From IMG/VR virus record IMGVR_UViG_3300009159_000059: a stretch of DNA of 64,000 bases; one strand, given 5' to 3'. The position numbers and the translations under genes were made by a program. Source of the DNA: an uncultured virus (IMG/VR IMGVR_UViG_3300009159_000059). Its lineage: Duplodnaviria; Heunggongvirae; Uroviricota; Caudoviricetes. Shown piece by piece: positions 1 through 10,034 of this stretch (positions are counted from its first letter, which is position 1; each line of letters starts with the position of its first letter). The notes beneath the pieces were generated by a model, which was not told the origin of the DNA, did no database searches, and was given only the letters and a program-made list of their open reading frames with translations.

Positions 1-90
1 CCAACACCAACACCAACACCAACACCAACACCAACACCAACACCAACACCAACACCAACACCAACACCAACACCAACACCAACACCAACA
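1..90 (+). repeat. (CCAACA)15 perfect tandem repeat encoding a Pro-Thr linker
   Basis: Read directly; in frame with the CDS. Confidence 0.95.
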
Positions 91-2238
91 CCCAAAAATG
101 CTTGTACATTCATGACGATTTATTTTAATGAGTCTGGAAGTACAACCCAAGGCGGTCTAGCGCCACCCACTTGCGGAAGCACGATAACATATACCGTTGC
201 TAACCCGACTGTCAATAATAATAATAAACTCGTTACAGCTTCAGTAAAGTTTTCGGATGTTCTTGAACCACACACTCAAGGCGGCAGCGGTGAAAGATGC
301 AAGCCACTCACTGCTATTATATATAATAATGGGCAATATTTTGGCACGATGTCATTCAATGACATTACTCTTGTACCTGGGCATGCAGGTGCTAACGGTG
401 CTTCTGTGTTTCAAGGCATATTAGGGATTTATTCGCTTTTCTTAGTTTGGACGTTTGAGTGTGCTCCCGCTGCTGCTCCAATAATAGTACCTCCTACACC
501 TACTCCAACGCCGACACCAGCCCAAAGGGTTTTATGCAATATCTTGTATGGCGATACTTTTTCATATTTTGGTATTAGTCATTTAGTGTCTGGTTCAAGC
601 GGCATGCTGCTAATTAACCCTCCTAGTAGAGGTGGAGTTAGTTTCGACGGTTATTTATATGGTTCTGGTTATTGGGCTGGAAGGCCAAATACTTCGACAC
701 AGCTGAAAAGAATAGATGGAAAAGTAAATCCTGTAGTAGCTGCGCCTGGTCAGTGGAGATATGTTAATACATTCGGAAGCATGGCTTATGCAATCGATGC
801 AAATAGCGATCTTTACACATGGGGTATCGATACATTTGGTGAATCGTGCTTGGATAGAAAGGGTGAGACAATAGCTGAGCCAACCAGAGTAACCGATGAA
901 TTTATGCCAAAACTTACAAAAATGAGTTATAATCAGATTGCCCCTGGTAACGGTTTTACAGCATTTTTAACTAAGCAAGGTGAGATTTACTATGTCGGCA
1001 AAAACAGTATGGAAGCCTACTTGGGCGTTAGTCTAAAATGGACATCTGACACTGCTTTCGAAAGAATAGATAATAATGGCGTTGCCTATTTATATAAGCC
1101 AACATTAATAGCCAGTAGTCCAACATATAAACAGATTTATGCGTGTGATTCTGCACTGATCATTGTTGATGTTTCCGGCGGATTACATGTTATCGGTGAG
1201 AACAAATGTGGAGTGCTGGGGATAAACCAAAAGGAAGGTTATACCACTAACAAAGTAATCCCAATGTTAAATCCTATCCCAGTACAAACTTTAGGGTCAG
1301 GTGCTGGGCCTGGTGTGGAGGGAATAGGCTTAGGCGTTGGTGTCGGGTTTGGCGTCCGCACGTCAAGAACAAATGCTATGGCTATCACACGCGACGGCGA
1401 TTTATTGTTTTGGGGCGGTTTTGTCGGACAAAGCGGATTGCCTACAAACATATACAAGCCTACTAAATTGACTTTGCCAGAATCTGGCGTGATTGATTAT
1501 CAGCCAAATACTTCTGGATGCCTAGTAGTATTTAAGAGCGGCAATGTGTACGCTTATGGTTATAGTATTATCGATAATAACAATGCTCCTGATACATTCT
1601 CTTCAGATTTTGTCCAAGTTGGATTTGGGTCGATTAATGGTGCTTTGGTCCTAGCCCATGGCTCCCCAGAACGAAACGGATATGTCTTAGTAAAGGATTT
1701 TGTAAAACCGCAATTGCCGGTTGGCTTGGGCCTGTGTATGACTATATTCGATAAAATCGCAAATGCCGATACAATAACTGACGCTAATGGTATTCAATTC
1801 TATATTGGCGACACTATAGAAGTAAAACTAGACGTCACAACTAACCCCTACAATGGCAAGTATACGATCACCAACATTGAAAAATTTACGGTTGGTACTA
1901 AGATAACCAAACAGATGAGATTAACTTGCTTATCTGGTAATTGTTTGGCTGGCGGGTTCCCTGGGGTGCTAACGGTTCCGGCTGTGCTTCCAGATCTAAG
2001 AAGCCTAACATCTACCAGCGGCGCTTCAATTATTCCAGCTCCGGCCGGAACATCGCCTGTATACACTATTACTTTCAATCCTAGCTGCGGAACTAGCCCG
2101 ACACCAACACCGACAACACCAACGCCGACACCGGCTACACCAACGCCGACACCGGCTACACCAACGCCGACACCGGCTACACCAACGCCAACGCCGACTA
2201 CGTCTAAATTAAAAGTACTATACACAGCGTGGAAATAA
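1..2238 (+). CDS. 5'-truncated large modular virion/appendage protein (Pro-Thr linkers, RCC1-like propeller, FCCH-like module)
   Basis: Frame is open from position 1 (CCA ACA = PT repeat, then PKNACTF) into the ATG at 112, so the true start is upstream of the window. RCC1-like segments include LYTWGIDTFGESCL and IYYVGKNS. Confidence 0.8.
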   Translation, partial: PTPTPTPTPTPTPTPTPTPTPTPTPTPTPTPKNACTFMTIYFNESGSTTQGGLAPPTCGSTITYTVANPTVNNNNKLVTASVKFSDVLEPHTQGGSGERCKPLTAIIYNNGQYFGTMSFNDITLVPGHAGANGASVFQGILGIYSLFLVWTFECAPAAAPIIVPPTPTPTPTPAQRVLCNILYGDTFSYFGISHLVSGSSGMLLINPPSRGGVSFDGYLYGSGYWAGRPNTSTQLKRIDGKVNPVVAAPGQWRYVNTFGSMAYAIDANSDLYTWGIDTFGESCLDRKGETIAEPTRVTDEFMPKLTKMSYNQIAPGNGFTAFLTKQGEIYYVGKNSMEAYLGVSLKWTSDTAFERIDNNGVAYLYKPTLIASSPTYKQIYACDSALIIVDVSGGLHVIGENKCGVLGINQKEGYTTNKVIPMLNPIPVQTLGSGAGPGVEGIGLGVGVGFGVRTSRTNAMAITRDGDLLFWGGFVGQSGLPTNIYKPTKLTLPESGVIDYQPNTSGCLVVFKSGNVYAYGYSIIDNNNAPDTFSSDFVQVGFGSINGALVLAHGSPERNGYVLVKDFVKPQLPVGLGLCMTIFDKIANADTITDANGIQFYIGDTIEVKLDVTTNPYNGKYTITNIEKFTVGTKITKQMRLTCLSGNCLAGGFPGVLTVPAVLPDLRSLTSTSGASIIPAPAGTSPVYTITFNPSCGTSPTPTPTTPTPTPATPTPTPATPTPTPATPTPTPTTSKLKVLYTAWK
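2116..2178 (+). repeat. 3 x 21-nt perfect repeat ACACCAACGCCGACACCGGCT (TPTPTPA linker)
   Basis: Read directly. Confidence 0.9.
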
Positions 2239-2250
2239 AAAAGGAAAACC

Positions 2251-5200
2251 ATGAGGCTTACTGATAATATAAAAGCTAAAATAGAGGAACTCTATAATCT
2301 TACACCAGAAGATATTCACGGTGTTAGCCTAGGATATAAGCATAAAAGCGGCGCTAACACTGGCGAGATAGGCATAGTATTTAGCGTTCTTAAAAAACTA
2401 AGTAGAAGTGAGTTAAAACCATCAGATATCTTGCCATCTACTATTACTGTAGACGGCGTTGATATTATTACTGATGTTATAGAGGCTAAGCCAATTAAGT
2501 TAGTCTCTTGCTATCCTAACATGAGCTCTACTCCGCTGACTTCTTATATTGGCACCGATACAAATATCACACGATTGCAAGGGCATGATACAGCCCTTCT
2601 AACACCGATGAAAGGTGGTCAAGAATTAGTACAATTTCCTACTAATTGGACAGCTGTTAATAACAACGGCCAAACGAGCTATAATTTCGATGTGGGCACA
2701 TTATGCATGTTTTGTATCGATAGTTTAGATTTTAGGGTGGTTGGTCTTACGAATAGTCACGTTGCAATTGACAGAAGAAATATAGCCACAGACAGAGATA
2801 TAGTATTAGAAACGCAAGATCCTTATAACATTTACGAAGACATGACGTGGGTTTATGATGGAAAGAAGCATCCGCCCAGTATGGCTGCCTTTAATACTTT
2901 TAATAACCTTAATCTGGTCGGTAGATTAAAGAGGTACATCCCTGTGACTTCAGGCATAAATTATGTAGACGCAGCTCTCTACATTCCTAACGATTCTTAT
3001 ATTGATGTGGCTTCATCTTATAACACCTGGCACCCTATTGGCAGCGATAATTACGCATTTAAACCAATACCTCCTTTCGCTTCAACCAGCGAGATTGACA
3101 GTCTATTGGCAAATGCTAGCACCACACCAATATACAGCACCGGCCGTACAACCGGGCCAAAAGGGTTTAGTCAGACTGCATCATGTAAGCTCATAATTAC
3201 GGGCATTGGTGCTACGGTTACGGTCAACAATAATGCAAATTCAGCTAATAGCTGGGGTGACCTCATAGTATTTAAAAATGCTGATTCATCTTATTGGCCT
3301 ATAGCTGGTGGAGATTCTGGATCTCCAATGATAGCTGTTATCGGCGGTGTCGAAAAAATAATAGGAATAGCTTTTGCTGGTAGTCCAGACACGGCATACG
3401 CTTGCAGAATCGATAGAGTTGCGCAAGAGCTGAAGATCGAATCGTATAAAAGCTTTCACACGACTACCGTTGCAGTACCTGATACTTTTACTATAGACTA
3501 CACCGATCCGAGAGCCAAGCAAGCGACCATAACAGTGAATGGTGCGGTATATTATCAAGCTGGCTTTACTTTGGTTCAAGTTGCTACACCAACACCGACA
3601 GCTACTCCGACAGCTACTCCGACAGCTACTCCGACAGCTACTCCGACAGCTACTCCGACAGCTACTCCGACAGCTACACCCACAGCTACACCCACAGCAA
3701 CACCGACAGCTACACCGACAGCTACACCCACAGCTACACCCACAGCAACACCGACACCCACAAATTGTTTTTTATCTTGGCCTCAAGCTACCTCTTATTC
3801 ATTTGATTATATGACTATTACTAGTATTAATTCTGGTATGGTTTTAAAACCAATCTTTGGAACTTCTAATATAGTAATAAACAGCAATAGAGAATTTTAT
3901 CAAAAGGACTTTACTAGCGGTAAGCCGGTGACTTGCACCCCATTTTCTGTCGGAGATAAAGTTCTAATAGCTCAGAACTCTACACCGATGCGGGGCTATG
4001 ATGGCTATTATTATATTTCTAAGATCACAAGCGGTATCCACTCTCTTGTATGCACTCTTGCAGAAGTGTCAACACTGTGCGTAGGCGAATTGACAGGCCC
4101 CTGTGAAACGGAAAGAAACGGCACTGTTTATTACTTAGCTGTATCTCCCGATGGCTTAAATGTATATGCAACAATATTTCAAAATCCAACGATATTAGTT
4201 TATAACAGGTCTAAGACTACAGGCGCATTAACATTAAACAGTACCATAACTATGGTTGCTGCGCTCCCAGCAGATATAATCGTATCTCCAGATGGTTTAT
4301 ATGTATATGTCACTAACGGTAGTAACGGCCTTACAAAAAGCGGACCATATATATCAATTTATAGGAGAGACAAAGCTACGGGTGCACTGACAAGCGCTGG
4401 TACCCAATACACAGGCATAGATTGGGATTTTACTCTTGGCATTGCCATTTCTCCAGATAATTTAAATGCATATACTACAAATTATGGGTCTGGTACAGTA
4501 TCGATTTATAATAGAAACATAATCACAGGAGCGTTGACAAGTGCCGGCACCATAGATGCAGCAGTTAAGCTCGCTGTTGGTATATCAGGCAGTCAACCAC
4601 ACGATGTGATCGTTTCTCCTGATAATTTGAATGTATATGTGACTAATACCATGCCGCCAACAAATGGTTGTGTATTATCGATCTATAAAAGAAACACAAC
4701 TACTGGCGCACTAACAAGTGCTGGCACTGTACCAACTGGTAGTAACGCTAAGCGCATGTGTATTTCTCCCGACGGTAAAAACGTATATGTGCTTCATGAC
4801 GGCAGTCCCGGCAAATTAACTATTTTTAATAGAAACACGACCACGGGGGCGTTAACAAATGCCGGCGACATAGATACAGGAAATTGGCCTTGGGGTGTTA
4901 ATATCTCTCCAGACGGCTTAAATGTGTATGTGACAAAAAACGGTCCGAACGAAATGTTCATCTATAGTAGAAATAAGGTCACAGGCACCTTGATTAAAAC
5001 AGGCACCAGCCTTATAAGTCTGTTTAATGCGCCTACTGATGTGGTGGTTTCACCAGATGGCTTAAATGTATACTCAGGGCTATTCAGTGGGTCTTTTTCT
5101 AGCGCGATTCCCGGGGGCTATGGCGGATCAGTTTCAGTCTTTAATAGATGTTTACCAACGCCTACACCAACGCCTACACCTACACCTACATCCACGCCGA

Positions 5201-8085
5201 CGCCAAGCATTATTCAATCATTCCCTTCTGATGGTGGTGAATATAAAGTTAAATATGCAGAAGAGAATTATGGCAAAGCACTAGCCGTCAGTGGTGATGG
5301 TAAGATCCTATTGGTTAGTGCTCCGATCGCCTCAACAGTATTTCAGAATACGACCATGACTAAGTGCGGAGCGGTTTATATTTATGAACGAAATGCTAAC
5401 AATGTGTGGGTAGGTTTACAAAAAATATTCTCACCCAATCCAACAGCAAATGCAAGTTTTGGTGAAGGTTTAGCATTATCACATAATGGCCAAAGAATAT
5501 TCGTCGGCCAACCAAACGCTAACTCTGGCGCCATTATGGTTTACAATAGAGTCGGCAATGAATACATCTACGATAGTGATTTGCCGATCACATCAGACAT
5601 GCTATTACATTCGACATTTAATGCCGAGGTGGTTAATTGGGGATATCGTTTGAGCTGCACTCCTGACGGTCTAACCGTAGCTGCTATTTCTCCAAACACA
5701 ATAGCTCCTGGCGAATACACTAAGCAATTAGATAATTGGCCAACCGGATTTTACAATGGCTCGAATCCTACGGTATTCACTGTCAGTATCTATCAGCCAT
5801 CCAGTGGTGCTGAATGGCGCTCGACAAAGAATGATTATGGGATATCTTATATCAGAAGAAGCGGCGGCGGCATTGAGGTGACAGCAAATCAAAGCAAAGT
5901 ATCGATAAAAGGGTATTTCAGACAAAATGAACCTGTCTATATTCAGGACATATCTGATATTCACCCTGAATATACTGGGTTCTACACTACGACCCAGCCA
6001 GCGGTTACTAGCGGCATCTATTATACCATGAACATTTACCCATTAGGAAGCAACGGAATAAGAACAACTACAGATCCTATGAGCTCATACGCTGGCAATG
6101 TTGCTGTGTTTAATTATCAGAATGCAGGGTCTAGTATGTCTTGGGTAAGACAAGGTTACATGTTGGCAGATTTTGCCGGATATTCTGAGGCCTCGTTATC
6201 ATTTAGCGACGACGGTTTAAGATTATTAGCAAGTGTTAAGCGCTATGGAATGCTGATTTCATATGTATTCAAAAGCCCTTCACTATTATCGAGCTATGCG
6301 TTAACCAACATTTTGGCTCTAATCGACCCTTATCCTATCGATAACGCCGGTATCTTTGGTATCAGTGGTGATGGTAAAATGGCAATGCTAGACTATGCTT
6401 TATATTATCTTGACTCGTTGCCTATCCCAGATTATATTACAGCGACACCAAGTGCGGTACTAAAAAACATCACTTATAATGGCGTCGAGGATTTTGCTAG
6501 AAACGCGAACTATTTAGCCAAAGGCGCACCGCAGAAGTACCAGATCATATCAGATCAAAGCAGCAACGGTGCTAAGAAAAATACTACATTCAGTTATGCA
6601 TTAGGTTATGGTGGTGAACCTGTTCCAGATGAATCATACATATCGCCAAGCTCAGCGCTCGACTATTCTGCAATGTTTATCGGTGATGATAAAGCTGTTA
6701 GTAAGAATGGTGATGTGCTGGTAAGATCTTATAAAGATGGTGGCGTGAGATCTATATTATTCCATCAAAGCGATAAACAAATTATTACAGCGCCGGCAGG
6801 CATGGTGTGGTTTGGTAACCAAGTCGAAATGAATCCAGATGGTACCTTCTTTACTTGTGTTTACGGAAAGCGTTCTGACACCGATAAGAGTATTAGCTAT
6901 GGTAAATGTACCTATGTCAGAATGGGCCAACGTTTCTATAATCAGCTCGAAAATAGAATCATATATAATAACTTCCCAGCCGCAGTTTATCCTTTAACAA
7001 ATCTCGCATTGCCGACCACATATGTTACGGACTCTAAGTGCATCCAGCAGATAACCAATGTTTATGGAACTGACGCTAATTTATTAGGCATTTTTAGAGA
7101 TTTAGACGAAGGTGTGTCGAAACGAACAACGACATCATGGAATAAGAATTGGCTTACAAATAATGCAGACAGGAGTCTTTTGTTTACTTCTAATACCACA
7201 GGAACGAACGGGCCAGTCACTGGAAAGAATAGTGTCGCTATTAGCGAAGATGGCGTTTCTTTTGTGGTTGGTTCGTTGTTTTCTAATAACGGCACTGGAG
7301 CCATTGAGCTTTATACTAGAGATGTGGCGCAAGATGGTACTTTTTACTCTGCTTGGTCAGCTGGTACATCGGTCTTTAAGGGTGCTGACTTCTTGTCTGT
7401 AACAGTTGATAAGGCTAATTTAAAATACCCATTATTTGGTTATTCTGTAACTATCCTAGGAACTGTTGGAAACAGATGGATCGCTGTTGGGGCTCCTAAA
7501 GCTTATGATGGCAAGGGCGTGGTGTGGATATGGAGAGTCGATGAGCGAGACCAAACGACACCCGACACTTATATTTTAATGGGTGAGAATGCCAATGAAG
7601 GCTTCGGGACTGCTGTCAAGATTTACATAAACCCTGACACGACATATATGACTCTAGCTGTAGGTACTGATACTGGATTGGTAAAAATGTATGCTAAGAC
7701 TGGGCCTAGCACTACTCCATTCGAACCAACCGGCATTATAGTGGCTCCAGACGGCAAAGATTCTGGCTTTGGTAAAGATATTAAAACGACCAGAGACGGA
7801 CTCCAAAACATCATCATCACTGCGCCTTTAGCATCATATCAAGGCACTAAGCTTCAAGCTGGTGTAATATATGTTTATTCATCAGACGGAACGACATTGT
7901 TAAAAACATATAGGTCAGAATCACCACAAGCCAACGACCAAACAGGCTTTAGAGCTAGCGACCGATTTTATACTAACACTGGGGCAGTAGGATATGGTTT
8001 CAGGACTATCACTGCTATAGGTTCACCTGGTCGTAATAATGGCAATGGGCAAATCGAAATTACTTTTGAGAACCCTTATCCTTAA
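2251..8085 (+). CDS. 1944-aa modular protein: NAL1-like trypsin-fold serine protease, ATPT linker, YVTN/lactonase-like propeller, FG-GAP-like propellers
   Basis: Triad motifs TNSHVA, YVDAAL and GDSGSP; prodomain-like GVSLGYK...IVFSVLKK...TDVIE; repeated SPDGxNVYV blades; FGxxLALS/AVGAP repeats; AAGGA SD. Confidence 0.85.
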   Translation: MRLTDNIKAKIEELYNLTPEDIHGVSLGYKHKSGANTGEIGIVFSVLKKLSRSELKPSDILPSTITVDGVDIITDVIEAKPIKLVSCYPNMSSTPLTSYIGTDTNITRLQGHDTALLTPMKGGQELVQFPTNWTAVNNNGQTSYNFDVGTLCMFCIDSLDFRVVGLTNSHVAIDRRNIATDRDIVLETQDPYNIYEDMTWVYDGKKHPPSMAAFNTFNNLNLVGRLKRYIPVTSGINYVDAALYIPNDSYIDVASSYNTWHPIGSDNYAFKPIPPFASTSEIDSLLANASTTPIYSTGRTTGPKGFSQTASCKLIITGIGATVTVNNNANSANSWGDLIVFKNADSSYWPIAGGDSGSPMIAVIGGVEKIIGIAFAGSPDTAYACRIDRVAQELKIESYKSFHTTTVAVPDTFTIDYTDPRAKQATITVNGAVYYQAGFTLVQVATPTPTATPTATPTATPTATPTATPTATPTATPTATPTATPTATPTATPTATPTATPTPTNCFLSWPQATSYSFDYMTITSINSGMVLKPIFGTSNIVINSNREFYQKDFTSGKPVTCTPFSVGDKVLIAQNSTPMRGYDGYYYISKITSGIHSLVCTLAEVSTLCVGELTGPCETERNGTVYYLAVSPDGLNVYATIFQNPTILVYNRSKTTGALTLNSTITMVAALPADIIVSPDGLYVYVTNGSNGLTKSGPYISIYRRDKATGALTSAGTQYTGIDWDFTLGIAISPDNLNAYTTNYGSGTVSIYNRNIITGALTSAGTIDAAVKLAVGISGSQPHDVIVSPDNLNVYVTNTMPPTNGCVLSIYKRNTTTGALTSAGTVPTGSNAKRMCISPDGKNVYVLHDGSPGKLTIFNRNTTTGALTNAGDIDTGNWPWGVNISPDGLNVYVTKNGPNEMFIYSRNKVTGTLIKTGTSLISLFNAPTDVVVSPDGLNVYSGLFSGSFSSAIPGGYGGSVSVFNRCLPTPTPTPTPTPTSTPTPSIIQSFPSDGGEYKVKYAEENYGKALAVSGDGKILLVSAPIASTVFQNTTMTKCGAVYIYERNANNVWVGLQKIFSPNPTANASFGEGLALSHNGQRIFVGQPNANSGAIMVYNRVGNEYIYDSDLPITSDMLLHSTFNAEVVNWGYRLSCTPDGLTVAAISPNTIAPGEYTKQLDNWPTGFYNGSNPTVFTVSIYQPSSGAEWRSTKNDYGISYIRRSGGGIEVTANQSKVSIKGYFRQNEPVYIQDISDIHPEYTGFYTTTQPAVTSGIYYTMNIYPLGSNGIRTTTDPMSSYAGNVAVFNYQNAGSSMSWVRQGYMLADFAGYSEASLSFSDDGLRLLASVKRYGMLISYVFKSPSLLSSYALTNILALIDPYPIDNAGIFGISGDGKMAMLDYALYYLDSLPIPDYITATPSAVLKNITYNGVEDFARNANYLAKGAPQKYQIISDQSSNGAKKNTTFSYALGYGGEPVPDESYISPSSALDYSAMFIGDDKAVSKNGDVLVRSYKDGGVRSILFHQSDKQIITAPAGMVWFGNQVEMNPDGTFFTCVYGKRSDTDKSISYGKCTYVRMGQRFYNQLENRIIYNNFPAAVYPLTNLALPTTYVTDSKCIQQITNVYGTDANLLGIFRDLDEGVSKRTTTSWNKNWLTNNADRSLLFTSNTTGTNGPVTGKNSVAISEDGVSFVVGSLFSNNGTGAIELYTRDVAQDGTFYSAWSAGTSVFKGADFLSVTVDKANLKYPLFGYSVTILGTVGNRWIAVGAPKAYDGKGVVWIWRVDERDQTTPDTYILMGENANEGFGTAVKIYINPDTTYMTLAVGTDTGLVKMYAKTGPSTTPFEPTGIIVAPDGKDSGFGKDIKTTRDGLQNIIITAPLASYQGTKLQAGVIYVYSSDGTTLLKTYRSESPQANDQTGFRASDRFYTNTGAVGYGFRTITAIGSPGRNNGNGQIEITFENPYP
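3583..3762 (+). repeat. 12-nt tandem repeat (GCTACTCCGACA x6 perfect at 3601-3672, plus variants) encoding (ATPT)n
   Basis: Read directly. Confidence 0.95.
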
Positions 8086-8097
8086 TAGAGTTTAACT

Positions 8098-10026
8098 ATG
8101 AAATATGGCCCATACAAATATTATGCATCGATACTTGGATATAGAACTTCATTTTATACTGGGAATAATTATCCAATCATAACAGCCACAGCCGGTTTAT
8201 TTGACTTTACGAATTATTCCGCTGGTTTTTCTATTCCTTTTTTTAAGATGTCGGTCAAATTATTTTCTAGAAGCAATGGCCCTTTGCTCGGAAATACTGC
8301 AAATGGTCGCTGGCAAGAATTAAATTTATCATTTATGGCTGGTAAAGTCACGGCCGTGTCGCAAGTAGCTGATTTTATAAATTCAAAGCTAGTATTTGTG
8401 AAAGCATCTGTAGATTCTGATTCAAGGCTCGTACTTACTGCTGATAGATGTACATCTAATCCAGATGAAGAAGCAACTGTAGATTTTCTAGTGGTGGGCG
8501 GGGATACAAGACAATTTGATGCCCAAAGATCGAACTTATCAACTAATGCTATCATGTCCGCATCAGTTTTTCCCCTTTCTAAAATTGGTAACACAGACGT
8601 CGGTAACCAGAATATATGTAATTCTGGGTTTGGTTTTTCTACATCAGTGTTGGGTAATGTGGTGTGCCCAAGCATTTTTCCGAGCAGTACATCTCAATCG
8701 CAAACAACTAACACTTTGGGCTATATTACATGTTGCGATGGTTATACGCCTAATACAATCCATCAAAGGGGCGTTTGGGATTTAGGGGGTCAGATAAACC
8801 CAATCATCTTTATAAAGATGCATAATAATAACACCATTACCTATAATAAAGACGCTCCAAATGGTTTAGTGATACCGATTTACTCTGGCATTCTGGCAGT
8901 AAAGTTTACGGATAAAAAATATACTTCACAAGAAATAGTAGACACAATAAATCTTGCTCTAAGCGAAATATCTCCTTGCGACGGCGTGTTAAACTTTACG
9001 CAAGCATGTTCGACAGCCAATGGCACGATCCCTTTCAAGGCCACCGTTAGCCCAGATGGAAGAATATTAATCTGTCAATCATTTTATGAATTGGCGATAA
9101 GTGGTTCAAATAGTTATCTAGATTATATATTTTCATTTGATAAAATCGAAGAAGGTCAGACATGTAAAGCGAAAGTCGGTTATATGTTATCAGACATTCC
9201 AAAAGGCTGCGCGATGTATAATATAAGTGAAGCTAAGACAGAAGCAGAAATAAAATCGATTGTAGACACAAAAATCGCTAGAATAGCTAATTTTCAGTAT
9301 GATGTTTACGATTATACTCCTAAAGCTATTGTTGAAAAAATATCCGACTACACCGGCCGCGGTATAAGCTATGCCTTGGCGCCGACACTTACTGGGCCGC
9401 TATCCGATACTGCATTTGCGCTGGCCAATGAAGCAACATCTTTGTCTTCAGCGCTATGGACTACAAACCAATACAATAACAAATCGAATTACGCTGAATT
9501 TTGGACTACTGTCAGTTTAAACGAAGAAGGCATAAAAGCCGCCATCGGCCATAATAAAACTATCATTAAAGTCTTATCTGTCTCAGCATCTATTAAAGCT
9601 TCTTGGAACTACTTTGGCCATATAGCTGGGGCCTATATAACGTATCCATTTTATAACTGGGCTCTTGTTTTAAACACGAGCACATACTGTAAAGTCCAGC
9701 CTTTAAAAAATTCTGACACGATTCATTTTTCACAAAATGGAATACAATGTAGAGATTACGGAGCAGACTCGTCGAACAATGTCTTGCCATCTTGGGATGG
9801 AAATACAGAGTGTTTGGATTACATTAGATCTAGAAATAAATCTTGTAACACCGATCTGGCTCAGATTAGCACAGTAGAAATACCAAGAATATATGGTGAA
9901 TATCGCGTCGGTGTTGTGTTTGATTATAAATTATGGTCAAGATATAATCCAAATGGGGTAAATAGTCTAGATTTCGCCGGCGCTTTTGCCATACCGACTA
10001 TTACTTTTAAAGTAGCTTACTACTAG
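8098..10026 (+). CDS. hypothetical 642-aa Cys-containing, probably structural protein
   Basis: Long ORF. Two related segments (VADFINSKLVFVKASVDSDSRLVL and IVDTINLAL...KATVSPDGRILI) resemble flagellin-IN-type motifs. Confidence 0.7.
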   Translation: MKYGPYKYYASILGYRTSFYTGNNYPIITATAGLFDFTNYSAGFSIPFFKMSVKLFSRSNGPLLGNTANGRWQELNLSFMAGKVTAVSQVADFINSKLVFVKASVDSDSRLVLTADRCTSNPDEEATVDFLVVGGDTRQFDAQRSNLSTNAIMSASVFPLSKIGNTDVGNQNICNSGFGFSTSVLGNVVCPSIFPSSTSQSQTTNTLGYITCCDGYTPNTIHQRGVWDLGGQINPIIFIKMHNNNTITYNKDAPNGLVIPIYSGILAVKFTDKKYTSQEIVDTINLALSEISPCDGVLNFTQACSTANGTIPFKATVSPDGRILICQSFYELAISGSNSYLDYIFSFDKIEEGQTCKAKVGYMLSDIPKGCAMYNISEAKTEAEIKSIVDTKIARIANFQYDVYDYTPKAIVEKISDYTGRGISYALAPTLTGPLSDTAFALANEATSLSSALWTTNQYNNKSNYAEFWTTVSLNEEGIKAAIGHNKTIIKVLSVSASIKASWNYFGHIAGAYITYPFYNWALVLNTSTYCKVQPLKNSDTIHFSQNGIQCRDYGADSSNNVLPSWDGNTECLDYIRSRNKSCNTDLAQISTVEIPRIYGEYRVGVVFDYKLWSRYNPNGVNSLDFAGAFAIPTITFKVAYY

Positions 10027-10034
10027 GTTTAACT

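Noticed and set aside
1..90. Terminal CCAACA array as a telomere-like or CRISPR repeat
   Set aside because: It is in frame with the CDS as a PT linker, has no spacers, and similar linkers recur inside genes.
3539..3814. Alternate-frame and antisense ORFs over repeats (RQLL, VGVA, AALA, PPV runs; also 1848-2252, 58844-59361, 59648-59992)
   Set aside because: They are shadows of stop-free tandem repeats inside larger genes.
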